Positions 12,186-24,651 of a DNA stretch of 64,000 nucleotides are shown piece by piece. The stretch's first letter is position 1, and every line of letters begins with the position of its first letter. The DNA comes from Vitrella brassicaformis CCMP3155 (lineage: Eukaryota > Protista > Chromerida), in assembly GCA_001179505.1 (NCBI GenBank), contig CDMY01000336.1, forward strand, positions 186,001 through 250,000, in the 5' to 3' direction. Under the pieces are notes generated by a model. That model was not told the DNA's origin. It was given only the letters and a program-made list of their open reading frames with translations, and made no database searches. A program made the translations under genes and the position numbers.

Positions 12186-12264
12186 TGCCGATCGAGTGGC
12201 TGGGTTGGACGGAGCGGGCTCGACACCGGCTTCCCTGACGACAACAGCGATGAGACCAGACAGC
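12186..12264 (+). repeat. Inverted 5' fragment of the ankyrin family gene (GWVGRSGLDTGFPDDNSDETRQ)
   Basis: About 78 bp nearly identical to the reverse complement of ~11458-11535 (gcgggctcgacaccggcttccctgacgaca(a/c)cagcgatgagaccagacagc). No further homology downstream. Confidence 0.85.
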
Positions 12265-12592
12265 GGTTCTGGAGAGGGCAGAATCTCGCGCACCTTAACC
12301 CTACTCTACCTGCTGACGTGCCGATGGCTATTCGAGATGGAGACGAGGCCGGGAGGGAGACGGCATCACGGCATCCATTCATCCATCAGCCGGCATCACT
12401 TAAGCTGTGTCTGTGCAGGCAGTCTTAGTACGCGGGAGTGTTGCAAGAGGTGATTTGCATCGGTCAGGCCCCGACGTTTTATCGCTGCCTACATTTTATA
12501 TCATGATGAGACGCGTTTGTTTCTTTGCATGAATGAACCGAGTTGAATAGTTGGTCAAACAGCTCTCTCCAGTAAAGTCGATATTTATTCGT

Positions 12593-13521
12593 TCATCTGG
12601 CCATGGCCTTCAGCAGTCGGCCGCGCATGAGTGGGCTCTGTTTCATCATGGCGTAGGCCGCAGCAGCGTCCACTGAGTTGATTGCGTCTTTGGCAAAGGA
12701 GAACTCTTTTCGGGGCTGTGAACCAACCACACACACAGACAGGACACACATGGATAGATTTGGATGCATGTGATTGACTGACCCACCGGCATGACGTTGA
12801 GTGAATAGTCACTCGGACCTGTCGCGGGCGGCCAAAAGTGACACACCTACACACACACACACGAGAACAGACCTCCGTTGAGACACGCCACTGTGTTGCT
12901 TGTGTCGGTCACACACCCAGATGTTGCTTTGTGTGTCCTGGCATGTCTCTCGTGCACATCCGACGTGCGTCGTGCTCTTCCAGATGACCTGCATGACACA
13001 AAGAAATGAACGGGAGAAAGAGACACAGGCAAGGAGCGAGTCAAAGGGAGACACGACTGCTGGTCACTTGCGGGAAACCGTCGAAGTCTGGCTGCAGAGA
13101 CGTGAACTGGTTGGTGCGGAAATTCCACGACTCGAACCCTTTGTCATACCAGCTGTCGATCACCAGCTCCTCCGTCGGTCCTTTCGTCGTCAGCACCAGC
13201 TCGCCATACCGCCCTCGCTTGACGGCGCGGCACTCTTTCTCTTGCGCGAGGAAAGCCGCGTACTCGTCCGCCTCTCTGGCCAGGAAGTCGCTCCAGAACA
13301 CCTCAGACACGCCGTGCTTGAGCCTGCATTCACCATATGACGAGACACGACAAGTCATAATTCTCGTGTGTTTTGTTTGTTTTTGTCTGTCACCGCTTTG
13401 CATTGATTTCGAGCAGGAGTGCGCCTTTGCGGACGGATGTGGCCTCGTGATGGTCGGAGGTGCCGTGCACATCAGCCAGCGACACCGCCAGCAGAGCAAT
13501 GACAGCCACAGCACGGATCAT
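12593..13521 (-). CDS. Secreted CAP-superfamily (SCP/PR-1/Ag5) protein
   Basis: Spliced translation: signal peptide MIRAVAVIALLAVSLADVHG, then LLEINAKR|LKHGVSEVFWSDFLAREADEYA...YGELV...VIDSWYDKG...DGFPQ|VIWKSTTHVGCARETC...NIW|VCHFWPP...NVMP|PRKEF...AMAR*. These follow CAP1/CAP2 signature spacing. Confidence 0.85.
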
Positions 13522-14966
13522 CGCGTGCGAGTCGGTTGCCTGACGTCGTGTTTGTGTTGTGTGTGTGGCTTGGCCGCCGATCGATCACTTTTGCTTGCGT
13601 GTGATGGATTCATTCATTGAGTGATGCGTATGCACTAGGTGATTAAGCTAGGTAGGTGTGTACGTGTGTGTGTTTGGACGTTCGTACGTCTGCACGGATG
13701 CGCATCGGCCATGCAGAAAAGACTCACTCACTCACTCGCAGCAAGGAAGGCATCAACCAACCCACGTGGCAGCCAAATAACAGTCATGAAAAGAGCACGC
13801 ACCACGCACCGGTACCACGCACACCCGTGCACACGAACGAATGAATGAAAATGACACGGTAGGTACCCCAGTCAGTCAGTGGTCACATCGGCTCTCGCAT
13901 TATGTATGGATCAAGGAAGGGAGTCAGGCACGCACATGTACGTGTGGATGTATGGATGTGAGAATAAATAGCCTCATGCACCGGTGCATCGGTCATGGAA
14001 GGATCGAATCGAAGGAGGGGAGTGATCATGGTTGGTCGGGGCCGGTATTCACAGGCAGGTATTCAGGGGCTGGCGTGAAAGTGAGTTAGTCAGTAGTTAT
14101 GCTGGCCAGCCAACTCCAGACGGACGAGAAGTAAGTGTACGGGCGCAGGACAGCATCACCACGCAGAGTGGACAGCAGGGAAGGCATGAAGGGAAGGAGA
14201 GACAGACGAGTCAGCAAGTGTGTCAAAACCGCGTCATGGCCTTTTGGGTCAGCTGAGGTAGCTGAGCCGCACCATGGTAAGTAATTATACTGGGCTGCTC
14301 CATCGGGGCTCACTTAAAACAGCAGACAGCCAAGCCACGAAGACAGACAGACAGCCAGGCGGCTTAACTGAGACAGAAAGGCTTGCACGAAAGAAGCGTC
14401 CATGGATCACATCACATCACAACTACCCAAAAGCGTCTCGAAAAGAGTGAGAGGCAAAGAGGGAGGAAGGCAGTATCGACAGACACCGTGGCAGGCCGCC
14501 AGTCACGCTGTAGGTACCGACGTGTAGATAAAAGCAACCAGAAATGTACACACACCAACCAACCAACAAAACAGACCGACCGACCGACCGACCGACAGAC
14601 AGACATGTACGCATGCATGTACGCATGTATGTATCTGTGTACCCTATGAAATGTCCATCCCTCCATCCCTCCATCCATCCAGGAAGGAAGGAAGGCACCC
14701 CCACCCAGCAGCGGATCTCTACACCATGCTCAACACCGCACCATACAACACAACATAACACATTACATACCATCAATCTATCCCCTGTACTACTTCAATC
14801 AACCACCCAACCAACCAGCCAACCAGGTGCCGGCGTGTGCACGTGTATGGGAATGTGCATCAATCGAGCGGCTAGTCAGCCAGCGCTCCAACCATCCAAA
14901 AGCAACAACTGATGCACTCACTGGCCCGCTGGACTTGCATCTGTAGGTAGCTGGTCGGTCGGCAGC

Positions 14967-15054
14967 TCACAGCAGGGTGATGCCACCTGAGGTACCATAG
15001 GCACACATTCGAAGATGGTGGGTGGGCGACACACACATGCACTGCATGTATGTA

Positions 15055-15090
<36 letters not shown>

Positions 15091-16472
15091 GATGACTTAC
15101 CAACCATCCAGTTCATGAACTCGCGCTCAGACAGAGCGTCCTTCCTGCAGACAAACGGGGAACACCGCGCAATTGTTCTTCTGGTTTGGTGTGGGTGTGT
15201 GTGGATGTTTGCCTACTGCTCGTCCTCCAGTGCGTTGTAGATGACGGCCAAATCCTGATGGACACACACAAACAGCGCAACACGGAAATATCAGTCCATT
15301 TGCCTCAGTATACTTCGTGTGTGGCTGCCTGACCGATAGCGGGTATTGCGTGCGGCCCTGGGTGTGGTCGGCGCACATGCGGTTAAACTCATCTGCACAA
15401 CGCAGGCACACACAGACGAGCCAGCCGTATGGGCATGGTATGGTCGCATGTACGCGCCTTCCTTGGGTGTGCTGGTCCCTTACCCATCCTCATGCCGATG
15501 TGTGGGGTGGCGATGGCGTACTTGCGGAACGTCTCGGGGAAGTTACCTGTGCGGCAAGAAAGAGCAACAACAGCATTGCTGTAGACCTCTTTCAGCCGCT
15601 GTCTGTGTGCGTGTGCGTGTTACCTTTGGACACGGCCTGAATGGCCCTCTGCACATCTCGCAAACGCATACTCTTGGCAACGCTCTGACAGGATGGCATA
15701 CCCACCACACACATACATCAGGGTCATGATACATGTGGTCGCCTGCCGAGTGATGTGTGTGCCTACAATCATGAATCCGATGATGGCTGCGGCGACGACC
15801 ACAAACGACACGACAATGGCGATGAACAGCAGCAGATCCTCAGTGGAGATCTTGCTCGACGTCGGCCACAGAGAGCACGCCGTCATCGTACCTGCAGTCA
15901 GAGAAAGCACACACACATCCACACAACACACCACACACCTCGATCTTGTGGTTGTGTTGTGGCACAGGTGGTTGGCTGTCTGTGTACCGACCGTACCGAG
16001 GAAGAGCAGCCAGGCGGACGTGCCCGAGATGCGTGTGAGTATTCGGATGTACTTGCGGATCCACTGGCGGTACTTGAGGGTCCAGCGGGGGTTGCCGGGG
16101 ATGTCCAACACGAAGATGATCAAACCAAAGATACTGACACCATGACCAATATACGGTGGCACACACAACACACACAACACACACACACAGAGAGGGCGCC
16201 AACCATGAGCCTCCCGTCACCCATCCCCGCGTGAGTGTGTCGGCTTACAACAGGAAGATCTCATCGACGAGTGCGGCCAGTTCGAAGGTGCCGAAAGCTC
16301 CGAGTGCGCCGACGATGGCCCCGAACATGACGCCCAGCGACGAGACGAAGAAGAGGATCTGCCAGCTCAGCCCCACCCTCTCCAGCGCGCCCTCCACCTT
16401 CACACCACCCGCCGCCACGTTCATCCAAGCGGCGTTCGTGCCGCCACGACCTGATCGGCCCGTCGACGCCAT
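14967..16472 (-). CDS. COPI-associated/TVP15-like multi-pass Golgi membrane protein
   Basis: Spliced exons give WQILFFVSSLGVMFGAIVGALGAFG...IFGLIIFVLDIP...WIRKYIRILTRISGTSAWLLFLG...LLLFIAIVVSFVVVAAAIIGFMI|SVAKSMRL...DALSEREFMNWMVG|GITLL*. About four TM helices with the FGL..F.LD/E and I.KY...L pattern of the COPI_assoc family. An upstream exon is possible. Confidence 0.7.
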
Positions 16473-17134
16473 CGTCTGGTTCAGCAGCCCCTGCTGCTCT
16501 GCACACGCACACGCATCACCGCCACACACACAGGATGAGAGATGCGTGCTTGCGTGTGGCGTGCAGGGCATGAGACGCCCTTCTGGCGGCCTCTCTGGCC
16601 TGTACTGCATCGCTCCTTGCGCACCCTGCATCCCTCCTCGCTCAGCTACCCTCTCTCGTGTCTGCATCTTTCTGCCCAGCGCCTGCCTGCCCTCTGGCGT
16701 GTTGTGTGTTGTTACCGGGCGGCGGCAGGCCGCCAGGGGAGCCCTGTGTGACGGGCGTGCCGCCCATGGGCGACTGTTGGTAGGTGGGCTGCATCGATGG
16801 ATCGATTTCAGAGCCGACCGACCCAGCACTGTCACGTATCAGCTACACCACACTCGCGCGAGGAGGGAAAATCGTTTCTTTGGTCAGATCTCTGGCAACT
16901 GTTTCACTCCTTGCCCGAACTCGGCAATCGATGGCGGCCAGGACAGAGGCAGGTGGAGAATTTTTGTGGATGGTGCACGGCTGTTCGCCTCCACACAATC
17001 GGTCTGGTCTCAGAGATCTGCCATCAGATGGAGCGAAATGAGCTGACAGACCACTCGGCGTGAGTTTCCGGCCTCTCACGAAAACCGGCAGTTGCAGCGG
17101 GCCCCTGCGCTGACCTGATAGGACCGCTTCCGTC

Positions 17135-19596
17135 ATGAGTGCAGCCTTGTTGACGATTCGCCAGCTGGCGAACCAGAAGGACTTAGAATGGGACATCACG
17201 GTCACCCCCGAGATGATAGAGGAGCTGGACGCCTGCAACGACTTCAGGGAACTGGCCAGCGTGTGAGCGTGGGTGGCTCTAATGGGTGGATGGAAAGAGC
17301 CGACGGATGGACGACGAGTGTTGTGCCGTGTGTGTCACGTATGTCAGAGTGGAGATGCGCTGTGGCATTTTCGTGCGCAAGGTGGACGATTTGGTTCGTG
17401 CGGTGACGACCGGTGCGTCCTTGGTGGAGAAGAAGCGGCGGGCGCCGGGGCAGAAGGGCAAGCAGCGGGAGGACTGGCTGGATGAGGACGTCATCTTTGC
17501 TGCAGACAGCAAATCGGTCAGCACGCACCACGCAGAAATACCATCAATGCCTGGATGCATATGGTGGCTGGTGTGCGTGGGCATGTGTCAGGTGATCGCA
17601 AAGAACATCGGGGCGACGCTTGACCAGAGCAAACGGTTGGGCGACAAGGCCCCCCTGCAGCGCCGCACGCCGCTCGCCCTCCTGCCAAAGGAAGACATCA
17701 GCAAAAAGGACGACAACCGGGTTTGTGAGCCAGTGGGGGGGAGGGGAGTGGGGTGGGTTAGAAAGGGTGGATGTGCATCCATCCTCTCTGTGTGTGTGTG
17801 GTCAGACTGCGTATCCGTTGCATTCGTCTGGGATGGCGTTGCTGGATGAGCACGATGCCGTCATCTTCAGCGACATCTTCGCACAGCACCTGCCCAAGCA
17901 GGGAGACGACCAGCAACCACCGATCCCCATCCCACCAGGGTAAAAAAGAGAGAAGGGACGAAAATGCAATGCATACGACCAGTCTCGGAAGCCTTTTGTC
18001 CATTTCTCCTCCTTGTGTCATTTCCTGCCCTCTGCTGTCCGCTGGCTCTCAGAGCTGCCCGCCCAGCTGTCATGGTGCTGCAATAAAAGGAGGAGAAACA
18101 CCTATCCAGCACACACAGAATTATGGGCAAAGTGTAGTTGGCTGTGTGCGGTTGATATCTGTCAGGATGGAGACGGTGTTGCGCGTGACGCCGAGGGCGA
18201 CGTGGAGATGGGCGGCGGCGACGACGATGACGACATAGAGGACGCTGACATGGGTACACACACAAACAGTGCACACACGCGGAAGCCATCCATCCATCTT
18301 TCCCTCGTAGGCCTGCCCGCACGCCCCACCGTAGCTGACGGTGACGGTGCCGTAGTGGCTGTGGGTGGCGAGAGGGGACCGGCCGCAACAGCAGGTGCTG
18401 CAGGGGACTCCTTCACGGTCGACCCGAGCCAGTCCGACTCGCATAGTGAAGGCCGTGGCGAAAGAGTGCCGGTGCGTCAGGCCGGCGCGTCGGGTGGGCC
18501 GAGGAGGCGCGGCAAGGACCCATGGGCGAAGCTAGACCTGCACGAGAAACTAGGTGGAGAGGGAGGGAGATGGGATGGAAGGGGTGGGTGGATGGACGCA
18601 TCGATGAGCGCGTGTGTGACATGTCGTTATATATATATGTGTGTGTGTGTGTGTCTGTGTGTGTTGCAGGTCGTGACAAGCCTCTGAAGCTGCCGAAGAG
18701 GAGCTACGCCAACAAGTACACCCCCAAACACATGCACACACACACACACACACATACATCCGTACCTTCATGCCTCATCAGGGCGCCGTCGGAGTTGTTC
18801 TGCTGCGGGTACGAGAAGCTCGATCCCGTGATCTTCGACTACTTCAGCACCAGCCCCCCACTCAAGTGCCTCTACCGCGACGAATGGCTCAAGGCACACG
18901 CTGCAGACCCCTCACAGCAGCAGCCTTCCCCCTCCCCCTCCTCATCCCTCGACAAGCTGGCCCCCGTCCGTCTGCCGGGTCTGCCTGAGCTCAAGCGCCC
19001 GCTGCTGCTGTGCGAAAAGTGGCGGATGGGTCTCAAGTGGGCGGCCTTTGAGGACCTCTTCCAAAAGGCACACAAGGACAGAAAACGACAGGGAGGCGGT
19101 AGACAGGTCAGTCAGTAGGAAGGAGGAGGGAGGACAAATATATGGCCGGCCACACGACCGGCAAATGGCTCTCCATGGGTCTGTGTGTGTCTCAGCCGCG
19201 TGCTCGCGCTCGTCGTCCGGTGGATGGCGCGGCTGGTGATGGGCGTGCGGACGGCGGGGGCTATGGCAATGATGAGGATGACGATGACGACGACGACGGT
19301 GGGTTCGAGTTCAACCTGCGGGGCGAGGGCGGGCAGGAGGAGCAGAACAACCGGGAGGGCGACGCGGCGGGGCAGTACGACAGGAACCGAGACGAACGTG
19401 AGAACTCTCTCCACACATGCATTTATGCGCCATCTGCTTTCATGTGTGTGTGCGCGTGTGTGTCTCCTTGATGCAGCTGAGTTTGAGACAGAGTTCGGTA
19501 TCGATTTCCAGCAGCAGGTGCAGGCCCTGCAGGGCAGACGGCTGCATGAGATGGGCAGCACTGACGACGATGACGACCACTGCTTCAGAAGGTACG

Positions 19597-19632
<36 letters not shown>

Positions 19633-21641
19633 CACACACACACACGAATGCATCTGTGTGTCGGCCGGCCAGGGTCAAGTTGTTCCATGATTTCGTCCGT
19701 CGCCGCATCCACCGCAGCTCCAAGCGCGCCCCGTTCGACATCCACGTGTACATCAAGCGACTCGCAAACAAGATCAACCAAAAGGTGGCCGGCCACCCGA
19801 TACGTTGCTGGATGGATGGATCGATGTCCGACAGCCAGACAGCTCATTCATTTCGTCTTTGTGAGTGTGTTGGCTGGCTGTGTGTCTGTCAGGGTGGCAA
19901 GGCCGACTTCGAGGAGCTGATGCGGGACGAGCGCGCAGAAGAGGTCTACCGATACTTCGCTGCGTTCCTGCAGGTCGATCACATCACCACACACACCGCC
20001 CCGCCCACAACGGACACACACCGCGATCACTGCTCTGCTCTCACTGCCCTTACGTGCATCAATCAGATGGGCAACTCTGGGTTCGTTGACTTCGAGCACG
20101 TCATCGACGTCGACGCTGACGACGCATCGGTCATGCCGCCCCCGCCACAGCAGCCCAGACACCCACGCATCAAGAAGGAACCCGAGCCCACACAGCCAGA
20201 CCAAAACCAAGACCAAGAAAACCAAGAGCCTCCTGCCGCCGCCGCCGCCGCCGCAGCAGCAGCAGCAGCAGAGGTTCAAGACGAGCCGATGGAAGATGTG
20301 AATGGCGCAGGTGCGGCGGCGGCAGCAGCAGCACCAGCTGGTGATGGTCGTGAGGCGGGCGAGGGCGAGGGTGAGGGTGGGGAGTGTGAGGATGGCGACG
20401 AGGGGCTGGTGGGGCTGCCCATACAAGTAGCGGGTGCAGCGGGCCAGGCAGGGGACGGTGAGGGGGAGGGGGCCATGGATGAGGCCATGCTGCAGAAGGC
20501 AGACGAGGACGACGAAATCGCAAGACTGAAGGAGAAACAACGTACATGAGGGAAGGGAAACGGACACGTGGCGTCTCGTCTCTCCACGGCATCAAATGGT
20601 TGCTGGTGTCTCTGTCTGTGCATTGCATTCGTCTCTCCTTCGCCCGGTGAGGTGCAGAGTTGTTGCTGTGTGAGCCCAAGTTGCTGCGGCACCACTTCGC
20701 CCTCCAGCTGCTCAAGGACCCTGCAGAGGCCAGGTAACGATCCATCCCATGACTCACACAAAATGAGACACACACATGACACACACCTACACATTTCTCT
20801 CCGGGTCAGTCGCATTATCATCGACGAGGAGCCCGCCCCGTCGCCCCCGCCACCCCCTCCAGCTCGAGACGACGCAGACGATGACGGCGACGACGAGGCG
20901 TACGAGGACAGACCGAAGCGGCGGAAGAAGGGTGGCGGTGCCAAGGCCAAACCCAAGCAGGACAGACGCAAGAAGAAACACAAGAAACAGCACAGCAGTG
21001 ACGACGAAGAGGGAGAGGGAGAGGGGGAAGACGGTGAGTGACAGATAAATATCACACATGACCACCACAGCCAGTGTGGGTGCCAAGCAGCATGTCCTTC
21101 GCAATCCCCTTCCTCTCTCTCTTTCTGTCCGTGTGTGTGTGCGTGCCCGTGTGTGTGGTCAGGTGTCGCCATGGAGCTGGAGGGTGGAGAGGCGGATGAG
21201 GCCATGCCCAAGGCGCCCAAGCCCAGGAAGCGGCGCGACAAGAACAAGAAGAAAGACAAACCCCCAACGCCTCACCAGCAGCAGCAGCAGCAGCAAGAGC
21301 CCGACGAGCAGGATGACGAACAAGACAACGACCACCAGCAGCAGCAGGATCAGCAAGATCAGCAGCAGGAAGAGGATGGGTATGAGCCCATGGAGGAGGA
21401 GGAAGAAGAGCAAGAGGAGGCCCGCCCCAAGCCCAAGAAGGGGCCAAAGAACAAAAAGAACAAGAAGCGACGTGAGGTCGAAGATGACGAGAACCACGAG
21501 GAGGGGGACGGGCAGGGTGGCGATGGTGGCGAGGTGCCGGAGACGCCTCCCAAGGCGGCCCCCCGTCGCGCCTTCCCTGGCCGCACACCCCCGCCCGACG
21601 AGTATGACGGCAGAGGCGTCCTGGGGCTGCTTGGCGACTGA
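17135..21641 (+). CDS. NCAPH2: Condensin II kleisin subunit CAP-H2 with long acidic/basic C-terminal extension
   Basis: N-terminal LLTIRQLANQKDLEWDI...CGIFVRKVDDL, RRTPLALLP, HSSGMALLD and DPWAKLDLHE...KPLK motifs. C-terminal winged-helix-like FDIHVYIKRL...DFEELMRDERAEEVYRYFAAFLQ|MGNSG. All are in the order expected for CAP-H2, and exons remain in frame to the stop at 21641. Confidence 0.8.
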
Positions 21642-22106
21642 CTGAGTGACTTAGGGGAGGGAGCGGAGCGGTGGGGTGGATAGTCCATGTCCGTGACAGT
21701 GACTCAGTTCATGATGGACTTCTTCCTGTCGTGTGGTGCATTCATTGCAGGCGAGGCAATGTCCAATTATTCCAACGCACCGCTCATCAATCAATCACTG
21801 AACATGAAGAGTGCTTAGACAGATAGATCCATATACGTGTCGGTCTGTACACACACGGCGAGACGATCGGATCGACCACTCATTTCCCTCCTTTGCATGG
21901 CATGCAGCCGGCCGGCATTCCTCATCGCCTTGTCCCGTTCATCGCCGCATCACTAATGATGAGGATCGCCAGAGCTGGCGATTCTCCTGGTTAGCGGCGC
22001 GGACCTGCGCGAGACAAGCCCGAAGAGACGGACAGCGCCCCAGAAACCACCCACGCACACCCGTCGAAAAACAAAGCGTCGCTCATCTGTCGGGCCGGCC
22101 CGCCGG

Positions 22107-24418
22107 CTATTCCTCCTCTTCCTCTCCTTGTTTGCCCAAGACGACCGTGTCGCCGCTCCACAGCGGCCCCTCCCGACTCTCCAACTCGTCACTCACAAAC
22201 ACAGACGGCTTGTGGCCCTGAACACACACACGCACCCCGACACAATAAACACACATCGATGCCCATTTAGGTCTGTCTGTCCGTGTGCTGACATTGATGG
22301 TGCTGACGGCCACGTCGATCCGCAGGTCGTCGGTATGGAAGGCGTACTTGGACCACACCTCAAACCCACCCATCGCCGACAGCTTGAACTTGCCCCTGGC
22401 ACGAGACAGACCACCCGCTTTCTTATGCTCGTCGCCGGGAGAAGTGATCGGCGCGCTGAGCGCCCGCAGCGTGTCCATCGAGCAGCCCCGCAACACGCAC
22501 AACGCCCGTCTGCTCGGGGGCTTCAGCGTGAGATCAAGGAATGAGGGCGAGTAGTTGACGGCGGTGCACCGCTGCTGCTTGCCGCAGGCCGTGAGGCACT
22601 CGTCGAGGTCGGCCACGTCGAATATGTTGCGGAGGTTTGGGCATAGATGGTCGGGGATGACCTCGTCGGAGGCTACCAACGTCCAGCGGTCAGCCGGCGA
22701 GGCATACCGATCCATAGCCAACGCTGCAGGCACGTGAGGAGAAGGAGATGACGGCAGAGAGTGCGTATGGTTCATTTGGTGGTGGGCGCCCCGCCGTCCA
22801 TGTGGTGCCTTACCGCTCTTGAAGTCGAATTTGTACACGAATGGTCCGCTCTGAGGGGAGAACTTCAGCTGGACAGCCGGCAGCAAGCCGATATGGATGT
22901 CGAGGCCGACACGGTTGATGGTGACTGGCCGTGATGCGTAACCTGAAGGGCTCCCCGACGACCGCACCCCGCCCGGCTGCACCTGTGATGGCACGCTGAC
23001 ACGCAGAACGAACAAACCATATCGGTGTGCGTGTGTCAGAGGTTTCAGTGATAGGTCGGTCGGTCACACTCACTCACTCGATGATGAGCATGGCGGATCG
23101 GCGGTCCTCGTCGGTCTCCTCGCCGTATTTGGGGTAGACCGAGAGGGTGAAGGGGTCCAGGCCGCTCAGGGAAGTCGTCTGCTCGAGGGCTGAGCCCGCA
23201 GGCAGCCCACGCAACGACTGACAAGAGAAGGAAAGGACACAGAAAGTGAAGACACTTGCCGGCCTTGTGTGTCTGTTGTGGGCATGATTTGGGCGCGGCG
23301 CATATCAGACTGACCTTCTCGAAGTCCGCTATGTCCCACCGCACCTTGGCTGCCCTTCGGTGGTACAGTGCCGACACCTCGCGCTTCAGGGCATCATTCT
23401 CGCGCTGCAGAGGCGACAGCTCACCACGGCTCACACCATCCTGGACCAACACACGACACACGACACACATCACAACCACCCGGAAGCGCCTCTCCCCTCC
23501 CCCTAAAGACCTACCACAGACGGTGATCTCGCGCTGGTTGCGTGGTCAGATGGCGGGACATTCACGTGTGTCTTCGCTGCTGGTGGCTGGTGGGCGGGCT
23601 CGGGCTGGGCGGGACGGGGAGAGATGGCCGTGATGACCATCACGAGCAGGTTGGGGAAGAAGGAATATCCCAGAGCCACCCTCGTGACGCCCATGAAGAA
23701 GACGACACAGGCGAGGAAGGCCAGCCTCGAGCCACACTCCTGAAGATTCGGCCGCAGCCACATCCATAGCTCATCCGCCCACTCACGCGCACGCTCACGG
23801 GCAGAGCTCCTCTCTCCAGCCACCACAGCCGCCTCCGCACGGCTGTTTCCATCATCGCCACGCATCATGCTGAGAGAGTGGATTGGTCCCAGGATGGGTG
23901 GTGGCGGTGTGGTGTGCCAGTGCCACACCGGCGGCCGCGTGTGTGTGGCGGGGGAGGGGGTGGGCACGACGACAAAGTGCAGGTGGGGGATGGAGTTGGT
24001 CGTCAGGGTGAGCAGCGTCACGTTGGCAGGGACCGGTGGGAGGGAGGCCAGGTGCGACTGGGCCGCGACAAGGAATGAGTGGAGGTCCTTCTCCGTCGAT
24101 ATGGGAACATAGCTCTTGTCTGGGAGGCTGCCTGCACGCCACGCAACACACATGCACAGAAGTGAATAACACCGCGCTGCACTTTGCCTCAGCAGTGCAT
24201 GTGTGCTTGTCACCTGCCATGATGCAGTCATCTCCACACACAGCTATGGCACTCTCGTTTGGTGCCCACCCGGACTGCGTGTCTGCAGATGACGCCAGCA
24301 CTTCGCTCGCCGTCAGCCGCACCTTAACCATGCTCATTCTCTCTGTCACCACCAGTGTGCTGATCTGATCTTTCTTGCCAGCGGCACTGACGACAACAGG
24401 CAGCCCAAACTCAGACAT
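22107..24418 (-). CDS. Hypothetical membrane protein: PB1-like N-terminus, TM segment(s), coiled coil, MATH-like segment, PAN/Apple-like domain
   Basis: Exons in ORFs 23852..24418, 23503..24237, 23045..23479 and 22107..23015. Motifs: SYVPISTEKDLHSFL (PB1-like); hydrophobic LAFLACVVFFMGVTRVALGYSFFPNLLVMVITAI; KVRWDIADFEK...FTLSVYPKYG (MATH-like); LDECLTACGKQQRCTAVNY...CVLRGC (PAN/Apple-like). Confidence 0.6.
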
Positions 24419-24651
24419 TGCGCACCGTCCAGCGTTTTAAGTGGTCATTCCTCTTTTCTGGGGATACAGCATCGTGCACCATGATGACTCCACCCTGCGT
24501 GTTTCATGCCAGTGGGTGGGTTTCATGCGAGCTACACAGCGATCGCCTTTCGGGGAGGACAACACAGCAGCAGCAGCAGAAGGCCGCGGGGATGCAGCAC
24601 AGGACAGAGCAGAAGCCACAATGAGCGATATGTCGTGATCTAGCTGCGTCG
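24419..24651. promoter_or_regulatory. Short divergent (bidirectional) promoter region with uORF MSDMS* (24621-24638)
   Basis: 233 bp separate head-to-head start codons at 24418 (-) and 24652 (+). ATGAGCGATATGTCGTGA lies just upstream of the + strand ATG. Confidence 0.45.

Noticed and set aside
13600-14900. Several 60-120 aa ORFs between the CAP and COPI-associated genes
   Set aside because: Dominated by microsatellite translations with no coherent exon chain.
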